Below, one piece after another: positions 25,123 to 38,254 of a stretch of 64,000 bases of DNA. How positions within the stretch are numbered: position 1 is the first letter of the stretch; each line of letters begins with the position of its first letter. The stretch comes from Chrysomallon squamiferum. Taxonomy: Eukaryota > Animalia > Mollusca. The DNA is taken from positions 6,820,001 to 6,884,000 of the forward strand of contig CM022678.1 of the NCBI GenBank assembly GCA_012295275.1. The letters run 5' to 3'. The notes below the pieces were generated by a model. That model saw only the letters and a program-made list of their open reading frames with translations. It made no database searches and was not told where the DNA came from. Position numbers and translations under genes: made by a program.

Positions 25123-26929
25123 CTAAAATAAATATAAATGCATATCTATAATATACAATAACATAGATAGATAGATAGATAGATAGACAGATAGATATAG
25201 CACATTTGAAATGACATACATAGCATATTATTATAATAATTGGGATTCAAAGAGTTATCTCCCTTGAACACATTATTATTATTATTAATATTATTATTAT
25301 TATTATTATTATTATTTATATTATTATTATTTTATATATATTATTTACACAACATACACACACACTCATACACATTCTTTCTCCCTCACTCTAGCTCTAT
25401 CAATAAAACAAAAAAATCACATGGATTTTTAAATACAAATATTTGCTCACTGATTGTTCAATTTGCTCAATGGTGAGTCCAAACTCCAAAGCCATCAGAT
25501 AGTCTTCATTTAAATCGTTACCCAAAATCGTTGGATCGTCAGTACTCAGGGAAAAGTTAGCAGCATCATTAGCAAATCTGAGAAATAATTTTTGAAAAAG
25601 CTAATATTTCAATAAGCAATAAAAAAAAAAAATTACAAAAATAAAAAAAACCATTAACAAAAAAAAAAAATCTGGTAGATAACTTTTCATTTGAAAGTTA
25701 TAAAAGAAATTAAATCTTTTGTCTAATAACTGAGATTTCTGAGTGGATGGTGCCAACAGTTTCATTATTTTTAATTTTATTTGGTAATTTAATTTCATTT
25801 CTAAACAACAACAAAAAATGAATACAATAAAATAATAATAATAATAATAATAAAAAATAATAATAATAATAATAAAAAAATAAAAATAAAAGTAATTAAA
25901 TAAAGCAAATAAAATTAAGAAAAATAAGTAATTTAAATAATTTTAACAAATAAATAAATTATAAAAATAAATTAACATGTATATATATATAAACAAACAA
26001 GTAAAGATGTATATAAAACAGAAAATTAAAATTAAACCCAAATAAATAAATTGACAAACAAACATTTAAACAAAGAAATATAAATCTTACGTCAAAATGG
26101 GGTGATTAATTTTCCCGTTTCTTGCACCTCCTGTTCTTAGACTGGAAATGGGACAAGTTTCCAGGTGAATGTTCTCCATCTTCAGTCGACTGTAAGCTTT
26201 TGGATCTTCTAAACACCTGTACCCATGACCCACTCTCTCTGCATGTAGAGCATCAAGAGCCTAAAAAAATATATAAATAAAAAAAAAAAAAAAAAATAGA
26301 AATAGAAAAAAAAAAAAATAAAATAAAAATAAAAAAAAAAAAAAAAAAATAAAAATAAAAATAAAAATAAAAATAAAAATAAAAATAAAAATAAAAATAA
26401 AAATAAAAATAAAAATAAACATAAACATAAAATAAACACAAAATAAAATAAAATAAAATAAAATATATAACAATAAAAACAAAAACAAACTATAAAAATA
26501 AACATAAAATAAAATAAAATAAAATGAAATGAAATAAAATAAAATAAAAAATAAAAATAAAAATAAAAACAAAAACAAACTATAAAAATAACAGCCAGAA
26601 TAAAAACTAAAATTAAAATAAAAATTAAAATGATTTAAAAACAGTAAATGCTTGACATTTATTTTTATTTTAAACCATGTATTAATTCTGATTGTTTTGA
26701 AGATAACATGAATATGTTTTTAGCATGTTTTTGTGTATCTGTGAGAGAGAGAATGAGTTTGTTTGTACATGTTTTTGTGTTTGTGCATAAATTTGGGTTT
26801 GAATATTATGTACATTTCTGTATAATGAGTGCATGTTTGTATCTGTGTGTGTCTGTGCATATGTGCCAGTAATTGTCTGTTTTTTAATAACTTATTTTGG
26901 GATATATGAGTGTATGTGTGTCTGTGTGC

Positions 26930-26966
<37 letters not shown>

Positions 26967-29044
26967 TATATAGAGAGAGAGAGAGAAACAGCAAATTAAA
27001 AATGTAAGAGTTAATTTACTATAAAACAAAGTAAAATTGTATTTTCTGAACACATGTAAAATGTTGTAAAAAACAGTTTTATAAATTTTGAAAGTGAAAT
27101 GGTTGTGTACAGAGTTGTGAAATGACTGTACAGAATTGTGAAATGACTGTGTAAGAGTTGTGAAATGGTTGTGTACAGAATTGTGAAATGACTGTGTACA
27201 GAGTTGTGAAATGACTGTGTACAGAGTTGTGAAATGACTGTGTACAGAGTTGTGAAATGGTTGTGTACAGAGTTGTGAAATGACTGTGTACAGAGTTGTG
27301 AAATGACTGTGTACAGAGTTGTGAAATGACTGGATACAGAGTTGTGATCTGACCTCGTAGATTGTTGATGGATGCTGAACTTCTGCAGCATGTACAGTCC
27401 TATGAACTCCACACCTGATAGCTTCCTGTAAACAACCAAACAAACAAACAAATGAACAAATAAATAGAGTAGATACTTAAATACCTAGATATATAGTAAT
27501 ATACATGTGTGAGTGTGTGTGTATGTGTTTTTATATATATATATTTATATACTCACACAAGTATATATCTAGATCTTAATCTATCTAATCTGTTTATATA
27601 TGTATATATACACACAGACACATAGATAGATAGTTAGATAAATAATGACTACCCAGATAGGTAGTTAAAATATAAATAAACACATGAATACACAATTAAA
27701 TAGATATACATAAATAATCAAAGAAATGATTATAAATAAATAAATAAATAAACAATAATTATAAATAGGTAAAAATAATTAAACCCATAAATAAGTCAAA
27801 TACTATAAATAAATAAATAAATATATATAAGTTCATAACTTTTTGATAACTTATTAACTAAATTACTTTTTAAAACAAAAATATGCAGTCTCATTGTTCT
27901 TTCTCAATTAGTTTCTGGCCAAAGGTGGAAACATATCTTACCCCTATCACCTATGATATAAATACCCTAGATTTTCTATGTTTAATTAGGCAGACAGCTT
28001 AAATCACTAATTACTAAACCTAATAACAACAATAAAACACAAAACATCAATAAACCTTCCCAAATGGATACAAAAATAACTTTTGTCGCCTGTGTCTTAT
28101 CTCTGGATTTGAACTCAGAACCTACTGATTCAGTTACGTAGCTTAACCACTGGGCTAGGTGTGACTACCTTGTAAGCCTCTCTGTGGGCGTCCTGACTCA
28201 GGTCCTTGCCGCTGTTGTATTCAGACTCAGAGATGTCAATGGCGACAGTACCATCATGAAAAAATTCCTTGGCAAGATCAGCTACTTCCATAGACCAGTC
28301 TGTAACAAAGTGAAATAATTTTTAGTTTTACAAGCCCACGTAGGATATTAATATTATTAATTTTCAGTGACACAGGATATTAGTATTATTAATTTTTAGT
28401 GGATGTAGGATGTTAGTGTTATTTTAATTTTTAGTGGACACAGGATATTAGTATTATTAATTTTCAGTGGACATAGGATATTAGTATTATTAATTTTTAG
28501 TGGATGTAGGAAATTAGTATTATTTTTGTTTTTAGTGGACATAGATGGTCATAGGATAGTTTTTAGTATTAATAATTTTTGGTGTACATAGAATATTAGT
28601 GTTGTTAATTTTTAGTGGATACAATATTGTAGTATTAATAATTTTTAAGTGTACATGGGATGTTAATATTATTCATTTTTTAATGGGACACAGAACGTTT
28701 ACTCCATCAATTTGTGAAATAAATAATTAGTTTTTTGTGGACTGTACAAGACAAAATTACAGGTATTTCTGTTTAGTGGTCTTATCAGGAATTATTAAAA
28801 AAACATATTTATAAAATTAAAAACTATTTCCAAAGATGATATAAACACATTAATAATGTTTGTATGTATTAAAATGATTTGCTTAAAACATTTATATAAT
28901 TTATAATTGTTAGAAAATAAATTTAAAAATAAATATGGCTCAGTCTATATATACAATCCCAGAAACATTAATATATATATATATATATTTGTTTGTGTGT
29001 GTGTGTGTGTCTCTCTCTCGCTCTCTCTCACACTCACACACACA

Positions 29045-29142
<98 letters not shown>

Positions 29143-30922
29143 GTCTCTCTCTCTCTCTCTGATATACTATTTCACTCGTTCATTCATTCACCTGGTCTGT
29201 GCTTCACACAGCCGATAATGCTCTTCGCTATGATGTCGAAATCTTTTGATCCTTGGTTCAGAGCCTCGTTCACTGTCATGACGACATCTCTGGGTGAAAA
29301 GCTTCCCGACTCCACTGCGTAATGTGGGCTGGGAAAGGTGTTGGCCAGAAAGTGAGGGGAGTAACGACCCTCAACGTACTTGATGCCGTGTTGAGAACAG
29401 GACTCGCAGAACTCGTACGCCATTCTGTAGACTGCATCTCTGTCTCCCCTGAAAAATCCCGTGTTAAATATTATACACTGATGTGATACTTCATGTTGGT
29501 GAAAGCTGGTGCAGAAGTATTTTCAATGCAGTTTTATTTCTTTCATTTTATTATTAATTTTTGTTTTTTTTAAAACTGAAGGTTAATAAACAATTTTTTT
29601 TGTAAATATATATATTCACGTTTGTGTGTATCTTGTAAATATGGCCGAAGTTTGATTTATGAATTTAATGCCAAATGTAACTACTTGAGTGCTTCTATTC
29701 CAGAAAATAGGATGGTACTTTTAAAAAATCAAAAATTAATACATGAAAGTAACTCTTAATATGTACCAATGTTGATCTAAAAGGAAAAATAATAATAAAA
29801 TAAATAAAATTGATTATAAATATGCACTAATGAATAACATCATATGTGTGTGTCTGAGTGTGTGTGTGTGTAAATATATATATGTCCAATGCTGCAGACT
29901 GAAAGAAAGTAGCTACTGAAGATATCAGTCTCATAATATTTATCATAAGAAAAAAAAGAATGCAATGTGTTAATCATAATTTGAATTTACCACAACTCTT
30001 TTTGATATTTAAAAACAGTTGTCAAAAAACAGTTGTCAAAAAACATTATAAATATAAGCTGAAAACTTATTAAATCAAGCTACTGATATTTAATTAGTAA
30101 AATACCAGTTCTTTTGTCGTACTTTTCAAACTCTATCATATAAAATTCATTTACTTAGCAAACACTGTTTAAAACTCTCCTACCTACCAAAATTCAAATT
30201 CATGACTAATGCCTACAAAACTTTATCTTAAAAAAAAAATTCGAATTGCTTGTCAGATGTTTTTTAAACTCTGCTAAACTAACTAAATTGATTAGAATAT
30301 TAAAATTCTGGAAAACAACTCACGCAATAACTGGGATGATGATCTCGAAGGCCTCGAGAAGGCGATCCAGTGACTCTGTGTCCTTTAAAACAATTTTCTC
30401 AAAAAGATCTTCTTGTGTTGTAGCCTTTATTTTGATACCACGCTTTCTGAAAGAGAAAAATTATACGTTTTGTTTTGACAGTTTGGATACTGTTAGTTGT
30501 AACTGCCATGGAAACTGTGATAGAGATTTTAATTCCTTAGTTGTTTTTTTTTTTTTTAAATGTTTATTAATTTATTTTTTTTTTTTTTTTTTATTATAAT
30601 TCTAATTCCTCAATATGCTTACAGGAAAACTGCAGATCAAACAGTAATTAGGCTCACAATTTTTAAGCTTATTTTCAATTTTTTGTTTATTATTATTATT
30701 ATTTTTATATATATATATATTTATTTTCTCATCATTTTCTAAAAATATGAATAACTATTTTTTTAGTATTTTGTAGAAACTCAAACTGATTTCTTTCAAT
30801 AACTAGATAGGTTTTTTTTCTAAAAAATCAATAAAACACATAAATACACAGTGTAAACAGCCATTCAGATATACACACATACATACCCACATACAGGCAT
30901 GCACAAAATAAAACAACTTTAA

Positions 30923-30971
<49 letters not shown>

Positions 30972-31204
30972 TCAAATAAAACTCACTCTGCTAAATCCAA
31001 AACTGTTTGTAATTTTAATGTGGCATCCAGATGTACGTGAAGTTCAACCTGGTCAAAATAAAAAAAATAAAAAAATAAAAATAATAATAATAATAATAAA
31101 AATAAAATAAAATAAAATAAAATAAAATAAAATAAAATAAAATAAAATAATAAAAATTAATAATAATTAATTTAACAGTAACACTAATTAAAAAACACTG
31201 TCAA

Positions 31205-31247
<43 letters not shown>

Positions 31248-31664
31248 GATGCTACTATACTCTGGGCTATCTTTTTTTTTAGGCGGATTAGAATCTTCTG
31301 TATTGCTTTGAAATAGTCCGGAAGTCTTTCATCAGAGGTATTGATAAACTAGTCATGGCATAGTACACTACTTTCAGAGATAATTAACTAATGGTAGATC
31401 TGAGAAGAATCGATTTTGCAACTTAATTACAAGCTAAAACGTATTACGAGCTATTTAGAAAAGAAAAACGATCAAGTACACATCTAAACAAAAAAGTAAG
31501 ACCAGTTTAAAGTCATCAAACTCGCGTTAGTTTTCTGAATGGATCTCTTAAGATAATGGAGGATTTTACCGAAGACGTTACAATGTACTGTTATAATGTT
31601 ATCTGCATCAAAGTTCATAAATTACCTTCACTGGAAATCGCTCGTGCATTTGTTGTTTGTTCAT
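25033..31664 (-). CDS. ADA: Adenosine deaminase paralog B (ADA1-type), complement join(31626..31664,30987..31048,30324..30446,29192..29448,28169..28299,27354..27425,26091..26260,25451..25577,25033..25122), 356 aa
   Basis: The spliced frame is open (1071 nt) and all introns are GT-AG. Motifs: PVKVELHVHLDA, YVEGRYSPH, AIDIS, HRTVHAAE, ERVGHGY, ETCPISS, SLSTDDP, ending YGDH*. Confidence 0.93.
25451..25577 (-). CDS. ADA: ADA-B coding exon 8 (FANDAANFSLSTDDP...QIEQS)
   Basis: tctcag| and |gtgagc, 127 nt. Confidence 0.92.
26091..26260 (-). CDS. ADA: ADA-B coding exon 7 (ALDALHAERVGHGY...HPILT)
   Basis: ttttag| and |gtaaga, 170 nt. Confidence 0.92.
27094..27347. repeat. 23-bp minisatellite, ~11 copies (GTGAAATGACTGTGTACAGAGTT)
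   Basis: Near-identical tandem units; the 23-aa periodicity in ORF 26892..27443 equals 3 units. Confidence 0.92.
27354..27425 (-). CDS. ADA: ADA-B coding exon 6 (EAIRCGVHRTVHAAEVQHPSTIYE)
   Basis: ttacag| and |gtcaga, 72 nt, contains the catalytic His and Glu. Confidence 0.92.
28094..28165 (-). mobile_element. tRNA-derived SINE head or decayed tRNA-like Pol III element
   Basis: A box TAGCCCAGTGG (28157-28147) and B box GAGTTCAAATCC (28116-28105) at tRNA-like spacing. 72 nt with GTC...GAC ends, imperfect cloverleaf. Confidence 0.5.
28169..28299 (-). CDS. ADA: ADA-B coding exon 5 (DWSMEVADL...AIDISESE...HREAYK)
   Basis: ttacag| and |gtagtc, 131 nt. Confidence 0.9.
28343..28695. repeat. ~33-bp minisatellite, ~10 degenerate copies (GGATATTAGTATTATTAATTTTTAGTGGACAYA)
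   Basis: Visible tandem units decaying toward 28700. Confidence 0.85.
29192..29448 (-). CDS. ADA: ADA-B coding exon 4 (GDRDAVYRMAYEF...SIIGCVKHRP)
   Basis: tttcag| and |gtgaat, 257 nt. Confidence 0.93.
30324..30446 (-). CDS. ADA: ADA-B coding exon 3 (KRGIKIKATT...FEIIIPVIA)
   Basis: tttcag| and |gtgagt, 123 nt. Confidence 0.9.
30987..31048 (-). CDS. ADA: ADA-B coding exon 2 (VELHVHLDATLKLQTVLDLAE)
   Basis: accag| and |gtgagt, 62 nt. Confidence 0.93.
31626..31664 (-). CDS. ADA: ADA-B coding exon 1 (MNKQQMHERFPVK)
   Basis: aaaATG context, donor AAG|GTAATT, 39 nt. Confidence 0.82.
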
Positions 31665-33193
31665 TTTCGTGCTCGTGGTTTGCTGTCAATAAAAGCCTAT
31701 TTGCATTTTGTGAAAGAAAATGATAGATAAAGTTGACAAGTAAGCAGACGTCAACTGCCTAGATTCTATAATACATTCCGCTTCGCCAGAGGTCTTTAGC
31801 CCCATTACAAACACATGACACGAGGTCAGTTGTTTTTGTAAGCCAGGGTTGCACTGCACTCGTCTTGTTTACGTACAATGCCGATAGCATAATAACAAAA
31901 ATGATTTGTTTTGCTACTGTGTTTGTTTCGTATCAGTACATTTTTTTTTTTTCCAAGGCGGTTTAACTTTATTCACCAAAAAATTGTATTTGTTGTGTTT
32001 TAAATAAATACATAATTTGTGAATAAGTAAAGCAGTTCACTAAGCTCTGTAATGTAAAACACATCTGGCAAAACGAATTAAGGGAATGTACGAGTTGGCG
32101 AGATAAAGTAATTATTTGAATGGAGTTATTTCCCTTCATATCCTCGTTATTAAAGCTGATTTGACATTAACAACTAGTTTCTAAGCTTTATTTCAGAGTG
32201 GTGTATCTTCCAAATAAATAAACAAATAAATAAATGATGATGATAATAAATCATATGAGGATATTTCGTACATTTTTCCAGCGATCCAGAAAGAAAAGCA
32301 ATTTCTGTTTAATTTTTCGGAGCGTTGAATTGTGGGATGCTTCACACCACTGTACTTAGTATAGAAAACGGTTTGGTAATTTGATTCACAACCAAATTCG
32401 GATTCGATAAAAATCCAACATATTAATACAGAGAGTTTTGGTAACCGGTTATGGTTTTTGCTAGAAACGAATATAGTCTATACTTCAAAGTAACCGTGAC
32501 GTCAACACATTGTTTACGTCATTTAGAACAATTCCCAATGTAGGAAGTTTGTAAGCACATTGGATTTGCTGAGTTTAACAGAAAAATGGAATTTATAGAC
32601 ATAAAAACGGTACGTTTTTAATATTTAGAAACACTTATTTCTTTTACCTACAGGTCTTTATACTTACATAATATATCAGAGTAATGTTTTAATCACGTTA
32701 TCAAGTAGTTTGCACGAACACTAAAATCATTTGTAATAATTACTCCTAAATGTCCAGACGTTCTTGTTCTTATCGTTTATTTCTTCTTCTTCTTCTTCTT
32801 ATTATTATCATGATCATCATGCTCATCAGCATCATCATCATCATCATTATTGTTGTTATTGTTACTGTTGTTGTTGCGACTGTTGTTTATGTTGCTGTTG
32901 TTTTGGGTTGTTTGTTTTTTTGTAATATATTGAAGTATACTGCAGTTTTCTTTAGATTTGTTGTTGTCTCCGACATTCATATCCATTTGTGAAGCAGTAC
33001 ATCCGTTTATATACAATAGATAAATAACTTCTATTGCATACACACACACACATAGACACGCATATACACACACACACACACACACACACGCACAGTACAC
33101 TTATACATACACAAAAGCTTCGTACAATCATATGTAAATAATATCAATGTTACTTATTACTAGTAGCTGTTACTATTACTATTACTACTACTT

Positions 33194-33230
<37 letters not shown>

Positions 33231-33867
33231 TACTATTACTACTACTACTACTAAAATTAAACAAACAACCAACCAACAAAACAAAACAAAATAACATAAC
33301 ATAAAAAAATAAAATTACAAAAATTCCAAAACCTCAATTTTTTTTCTCTTTAATTATGTCGTGGAACTTCAACACATTTTTCTCATTATGTCAAATGTCT
33401 CCACTGGCGCCAGTAATGTCTTTCATAGGCGTAGGAATACCATGTGTTTATTGGCCAAAACGTCACGTTTAAGTGCCCTTGAGTTGTAGCCAGCATATGT
33501 ATTACATTTCTCGACAACCTCCATTTATGCGGGCAGAGTAGAAAGTAATGAACTTTTAAAAAAAAAAAGGTCAGAGATAAATAAATATAGGAGTGGAAGA
33601 GGAAGAGGGATTGGGGGAGGGAGCAAGTAGCAAGTGAGAGAGAAAGATGGAGGGAGTGATAGAGCGGGGGAGAGTTAGAATAAAGATTGACTGAGAGGTA
33701 GTGAAAGAGAGAATAATTATGATGATGGAAAAATAAAAAAAAATAAAAAAAATGCAAACAGTGAGACGTTAACAAAATAAGGCAAACAAATGTAAGAAGC
33801 GATTTAATATTGATATCAATGGTTGTATAACGTAAATAAACTAAAACAAAACAAAACAAAACAAATA

Positions 33868-33940
33868 AGCCCACGTAGGGACTCGAACCCTAGACCCTCA
33901 GATTAAAAGTCTGATGCTCTACCGACTGAGCTACGCAGGC
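33868..33940 (-). tRNA. tRNA-Lys-TTT: tRNA-Lys (anticodon TTT), intact, intronless
   Basis: 73-nt cloverleaf GCCTGCG TA GCTC AGTCGGTA GAGC A TCAGA CTTTTAA TCTGA GGGTC TAGGG TTCGAGT CCCTA CGTGGGC T. A and B boxes intact; T-run shortly downstream. Confidence 0.92.
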
Positions 33941-34452
33941 TATAGAGTTAAAAATCTATTACTTGCTTGCAGAAGATTTTTGACCTGTAACATTATGTTA
34001 CTGATTAAAAGAAAATTATGGTACTATTGAATATAAAATGTTTATTGGTTACTAAAACTGTAAAACGAAACTTTAGGAGAAAATAATAATCAGGGATTTA
34101 AAAGTGGTAGTAAATCTTAGCAGAAGCCAAAATAATATTAAAAAAAAATAAGTAATGAACAAAAATAATAATAAAAAAAAAAAAAAAAAAAATAAAAAAA
34201 GTAAAAAAAATATAATAATTACAAAAGAAAAAGAAAATCTTACGATGCTATCGACTGGTTTAGTTAAAAAAAAAAAAATTACAACATATATTTTTTATTT
34301 TATTGAAACTAATGAACTTTGATGGCAGTGTTCAACAATACTTACGATGATCCACAGAGTTAGTTAAAGGTAAACAAAATGTTCAAAAGGTAAAAGAAAA
34401 ACGAGAAAGATAAAAGGAAATAAGAAGCAACTTAAAATGTCATAAAAATACG

Positions 34453-34525
34453 AGACCACATAGGGACTCGAACCCTAGACCCTCAGATTAAAAGTCTGAT
34501 GCTCTACCGACTGAAATACGCAGGC
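34453..34525 (-). pseudogene. tRNA-Lys(TTT) mutated copy, probable pseudogene
   Basis: Four substitutions against the intact copies (G10T, C11T, C66T, G71T). They damage the A box and D stem and break acceptor pair 2:71. Confidence 0.75.
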
Positions 34526-35459
34526 TATACAAACATAGTCACAGTATCGGTTTAGATTAATAATTTAGAACATAATGTTTCTTTTTATTATTATACTGAA
34601 TCGATATGCTTTAAAAACTCACTAAATCACGAAAAGAAATGAATCATTTTTTTTTCTTTCTTTTAATTTAAGTTGAAATATAACTAGGGCCGTGTTTTTA
34701 ACGAAAATAAAAGTGAAAAAAAGAAATGGAAGTGTCTCTTAATTTCTACACAGCAGTTATCTTATGGAACAATGAAAAGTTGGTCAGAATAAACAGAATT
34801 AAATTTCCATCATATTAAATACTGAAAGTAAATTATAAACACATTTAATGTTTATAAAAGAATTTCAAAATTAATTTGAGTTAGTTTTTCGGTGTAGATT
34901 TTCATTGATTATTTCTCGATATAGAATACTTCGAGAAACCACTGATTGGAAATTATCTTAATTAATTTACTACTAATTTATTATCACTGTATATTAATTT
35001 TAATTAAAAAAATCTATACTGTATTAAACAGCTCAACTGAGAATTAATGAACAGTCTAATTTTCATACATGTTCATTCTGCACACTGTGTGTATATCTGT
35101 CTGTCTGTCTATCTATCATTCTATTTATCTGTCTATATATAAATGTATATAAACATACACATACATGTACATACATAATACTGACTGGAAATATTATTAA
35201 GTAGGAAAGGTCGCGTAATTAAAATATGTGTACGAGTATTAACATAAAAACGAAGTCGTGTTTTATAGACAAAAACGAAACAGCACGTTACTAGTATTTT
35301 ACGTGTAACTGCGAATGAAAACACACACCATTCATTTGGTTTCAAACGCACCGAGACAAGTGTTGATTCCTTCCACTTCAAGTCAAGTGTAGCTGAAACA
35401 CCACAGTGTTGTTGTATGGACTAATGGCGGGACAGTAGGCTATGTAGAAAGAACGTACG

Positions 35460-35529
35460 TATGTATGTTTGTGTGTGTGTATGTATGTATGTATGTATGT
35501 ATGCATGCATGCATGGATGTGTGTATGTA

Positions 35530-35564
<35 letters not shown>

Positions 35565-35753
35565 AGGCTGTGTGGAAAGCACGTACGTATATATGTATGT
35601 ATGTATGTGTGTATGTGTGTATGTATGTGTGTATATATGTATGTATGTATGCATGTATGTGTGTATGTATTTATGCATGCATGTATGTGTGTATATATAT
35701 GTATGTATGCATGCATGCATATATGTATGTATGTATGTATGCATGTATGCATG

Positions 35754-35787
<34 letters not shown>

Positions 35788-35850
35788 TGTATGTATGTAT
35801 GTATGTATGTATGTATGTATGTATACATGTATACATGTATGTATGTATGT
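35460..35850. repeat. (TATG)n/(GT)n low-complexity tract
   Basis: Direct reading. Confidence 0.95.
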
Positions 35851-36087
35851 ATATCTGTAGAAATAACACTAGTTACTCCCTGGCTACAGTTATATTGATG
35901 TTTCTGCTACACAACGTGCACTTAGTCAACTTGTTTTGCTTACTGTGTTTTGTGACAGTAAAAAAAAAAAAACTAATTTTATTAAGAAACGTAGCCTGCG
36001 GTTTATTAATTTCAGATTTGTTGTTGATATTTGAAACATACGTAAACGTAATCAGATCAGATTGTGTCGTTTCGATTTGATTTATCA

Positions 36088-36142
<55 letters not shown>

Positions 36143-36272
36143 TTAATATTGTGATTAATCACTTGCTAAACGTTATCTGGATATTTGTGTATTAATGAAT
36201 GATGATGAAACCTCTCAGCACTTCTTTCAGTTGTAATTGCTCCTGCTACTATTACTATCAATATTACTACTG

Positions 36273-36358
<86 letters not shown>

Positions 36359-36442
36359 GCTGCTACTGTTACTACTACTACTACAGTTGCTGCTACTACT
36401 ACTACTACTACGTCTAAAGATACTGTTACGTGTACTGTTGTG

Positions 36443-36481
<39 letters not shown>

Positions 36482-38254
36482 ACTGTCATAGTCTTCCTTA
36501 GTATAATATAACAAATCTGATTATTGCTGATATATTTATAGAATATCATAACAAAAATTACAAAAAGCTAAATATTTTCAAACTACGAATTTCAATAAGA
36601 ATAGTAATAATAATAAAAAAAATCACAAAGCTCTTAAAAACTGATGATCTGGAAATTAAAACAAAATTTTGTGGAGAACAAATGAAAAGAAAAGCAAGAA
36701 GAAGAAAAAACGAAAAAAAAGAAGAAGAAGAAGACAGACGATAACGAAAATTTAATTTTGACTCTGATGAAACGATCTTGCAGGAAAAATGACTCTTACA
36801 AACCAATAAAAACTCGTCATTTTCTGGTAAAACTATTTATTTTGTAAATTAACAACAATACGAACGTAAAAGTACAGCCGACTCCTAGAACTGATCTAAC
36901 AACGGAGAAGAATCTTACTAAGTCAATAAAAACTCGTCAATCTCCGGCGTGACGTCATTGGTTTCGCATAAAACGAGTCACGTTTTTTTTTTTTTTTTTT
37001 CTGTCTCGATAAATCAAGTCTGATATGAGTAACATTTTCTTTAAAAGGTTTTATGAATCAGAGTAATTTGTTCGGAGATCAATAATGTTTGGTAAAATGT
37101 TATTTCATTTTTGTTCGTGTGTCATAGGCATATAAAACTGTGATGTTGAGTTTAAATAGCAGGAAAAAAAAAAAAAAAAAAAAAAAAAAAACGAAAGAAA
37201 AAGAAAAAGGAAAACATTAATCGGGAATTAAATGCAATAAACCGCCTGGATATATTTGGTTTTAATTTCTATTTAATTAAAGGAAAAGCTTAAAGAGATT
37301 AAAAAAAAAAAAAAAATAAAGAAATAAAAATAAATTAGAAGAAGAAGAAGAGAAATGATTCGTGGAAAACAAATCCTGAAGAAGAAAAATGAAAGCAGAA
37401 AAAGAATACACCAATAATAACACCAACAATAAAAGTAATAATACTAGTAAAAATAATGAATATCCATAGTAAGAGTACTATTAATAAATAAGTATACATA
37501 GTAATAGTAATAATAAAAGAATGACTGTAGTACTATACTAGTCTAATAACAAAGACAACAGAATAAAGTTATCAAGAGGAACCGTTAAAAAAAACAAAAA
37601 AAAAAAAACCTATAACCTTTACGAAAGAATCTAATTTTTGTCGTTCGGATATTATATTTTGTCAACAAGACCAATAAGCCAATTTTTTTTTTTTTTTTTT
37701 TCGAATTCTCGGTAATGGAAATGAAGTCACGTTTCATTTATTTATTTTATTTCGTCACGATGCATCACGTTTGATGCGAAAAGCATTTTCTTTAAAAAGG
37801 CTTTGGTTAATCACAGAATAACAAGTAACTTGTTTTGACGTTGACGAAGTTTAGTAAAGAGTTATCTCATCTTGTCCCTGTACGTGACAGGAATTTAAAA
37901 TGTCTGTGACGTCAAGTTTAAGGCGTATGCTGCAGAAGAACAAAAAAAAAAAAAAAAAAAAGAAAGAGAGAAAGGAGTTTAAAAAATTATGTGCCGAAAG
38001 GGCATGAAATTATTGACACATCGATTGTCGTACTGTCAAAGATGTCTTTCATTTTAACTGAAATGCTTTGAAGTGATTAAGTGAAGAAGAAGTAGAAGAA
38101 AAAAAAAATGGGAGAAAAAAAGAAGAAGAAGAAAGGATGTTGAAAAAATGGCGGAAAGATAAAAAAAAAAAAAATTAAATTAAAAAAGGAAAGAAGGAAA
38201 GCATACACTAAAAAATTATGTAGAAACATATGTACTGCAGAACCCTAAGCAGTA

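Noticed and set aside
28333-28344. 12-nt match (agcccacgtagg) to the tRNA-Lys 3' end at the edge of the 33-bp minisatellite
   Set aside because: Too short, and it overlaps the satellite's own (c/t)gtagga motif, so it may be chance.
30246-30599. 117-aa + strand ORF
   Set aside because: Antisense shadow of ADA-B exon 3 plus intron; likewise 28993..29322 over exon 4.
35378-36549. Long ORFs (up to 203 aa) of MYVC/HTYI or poly-L/Y/V/S
   Set aside because: They are translations of TATG and CTA microsatellites. The same applies to most ORFs in the track (e.g. 17363..17998, 8328..8655, 57376..57807).
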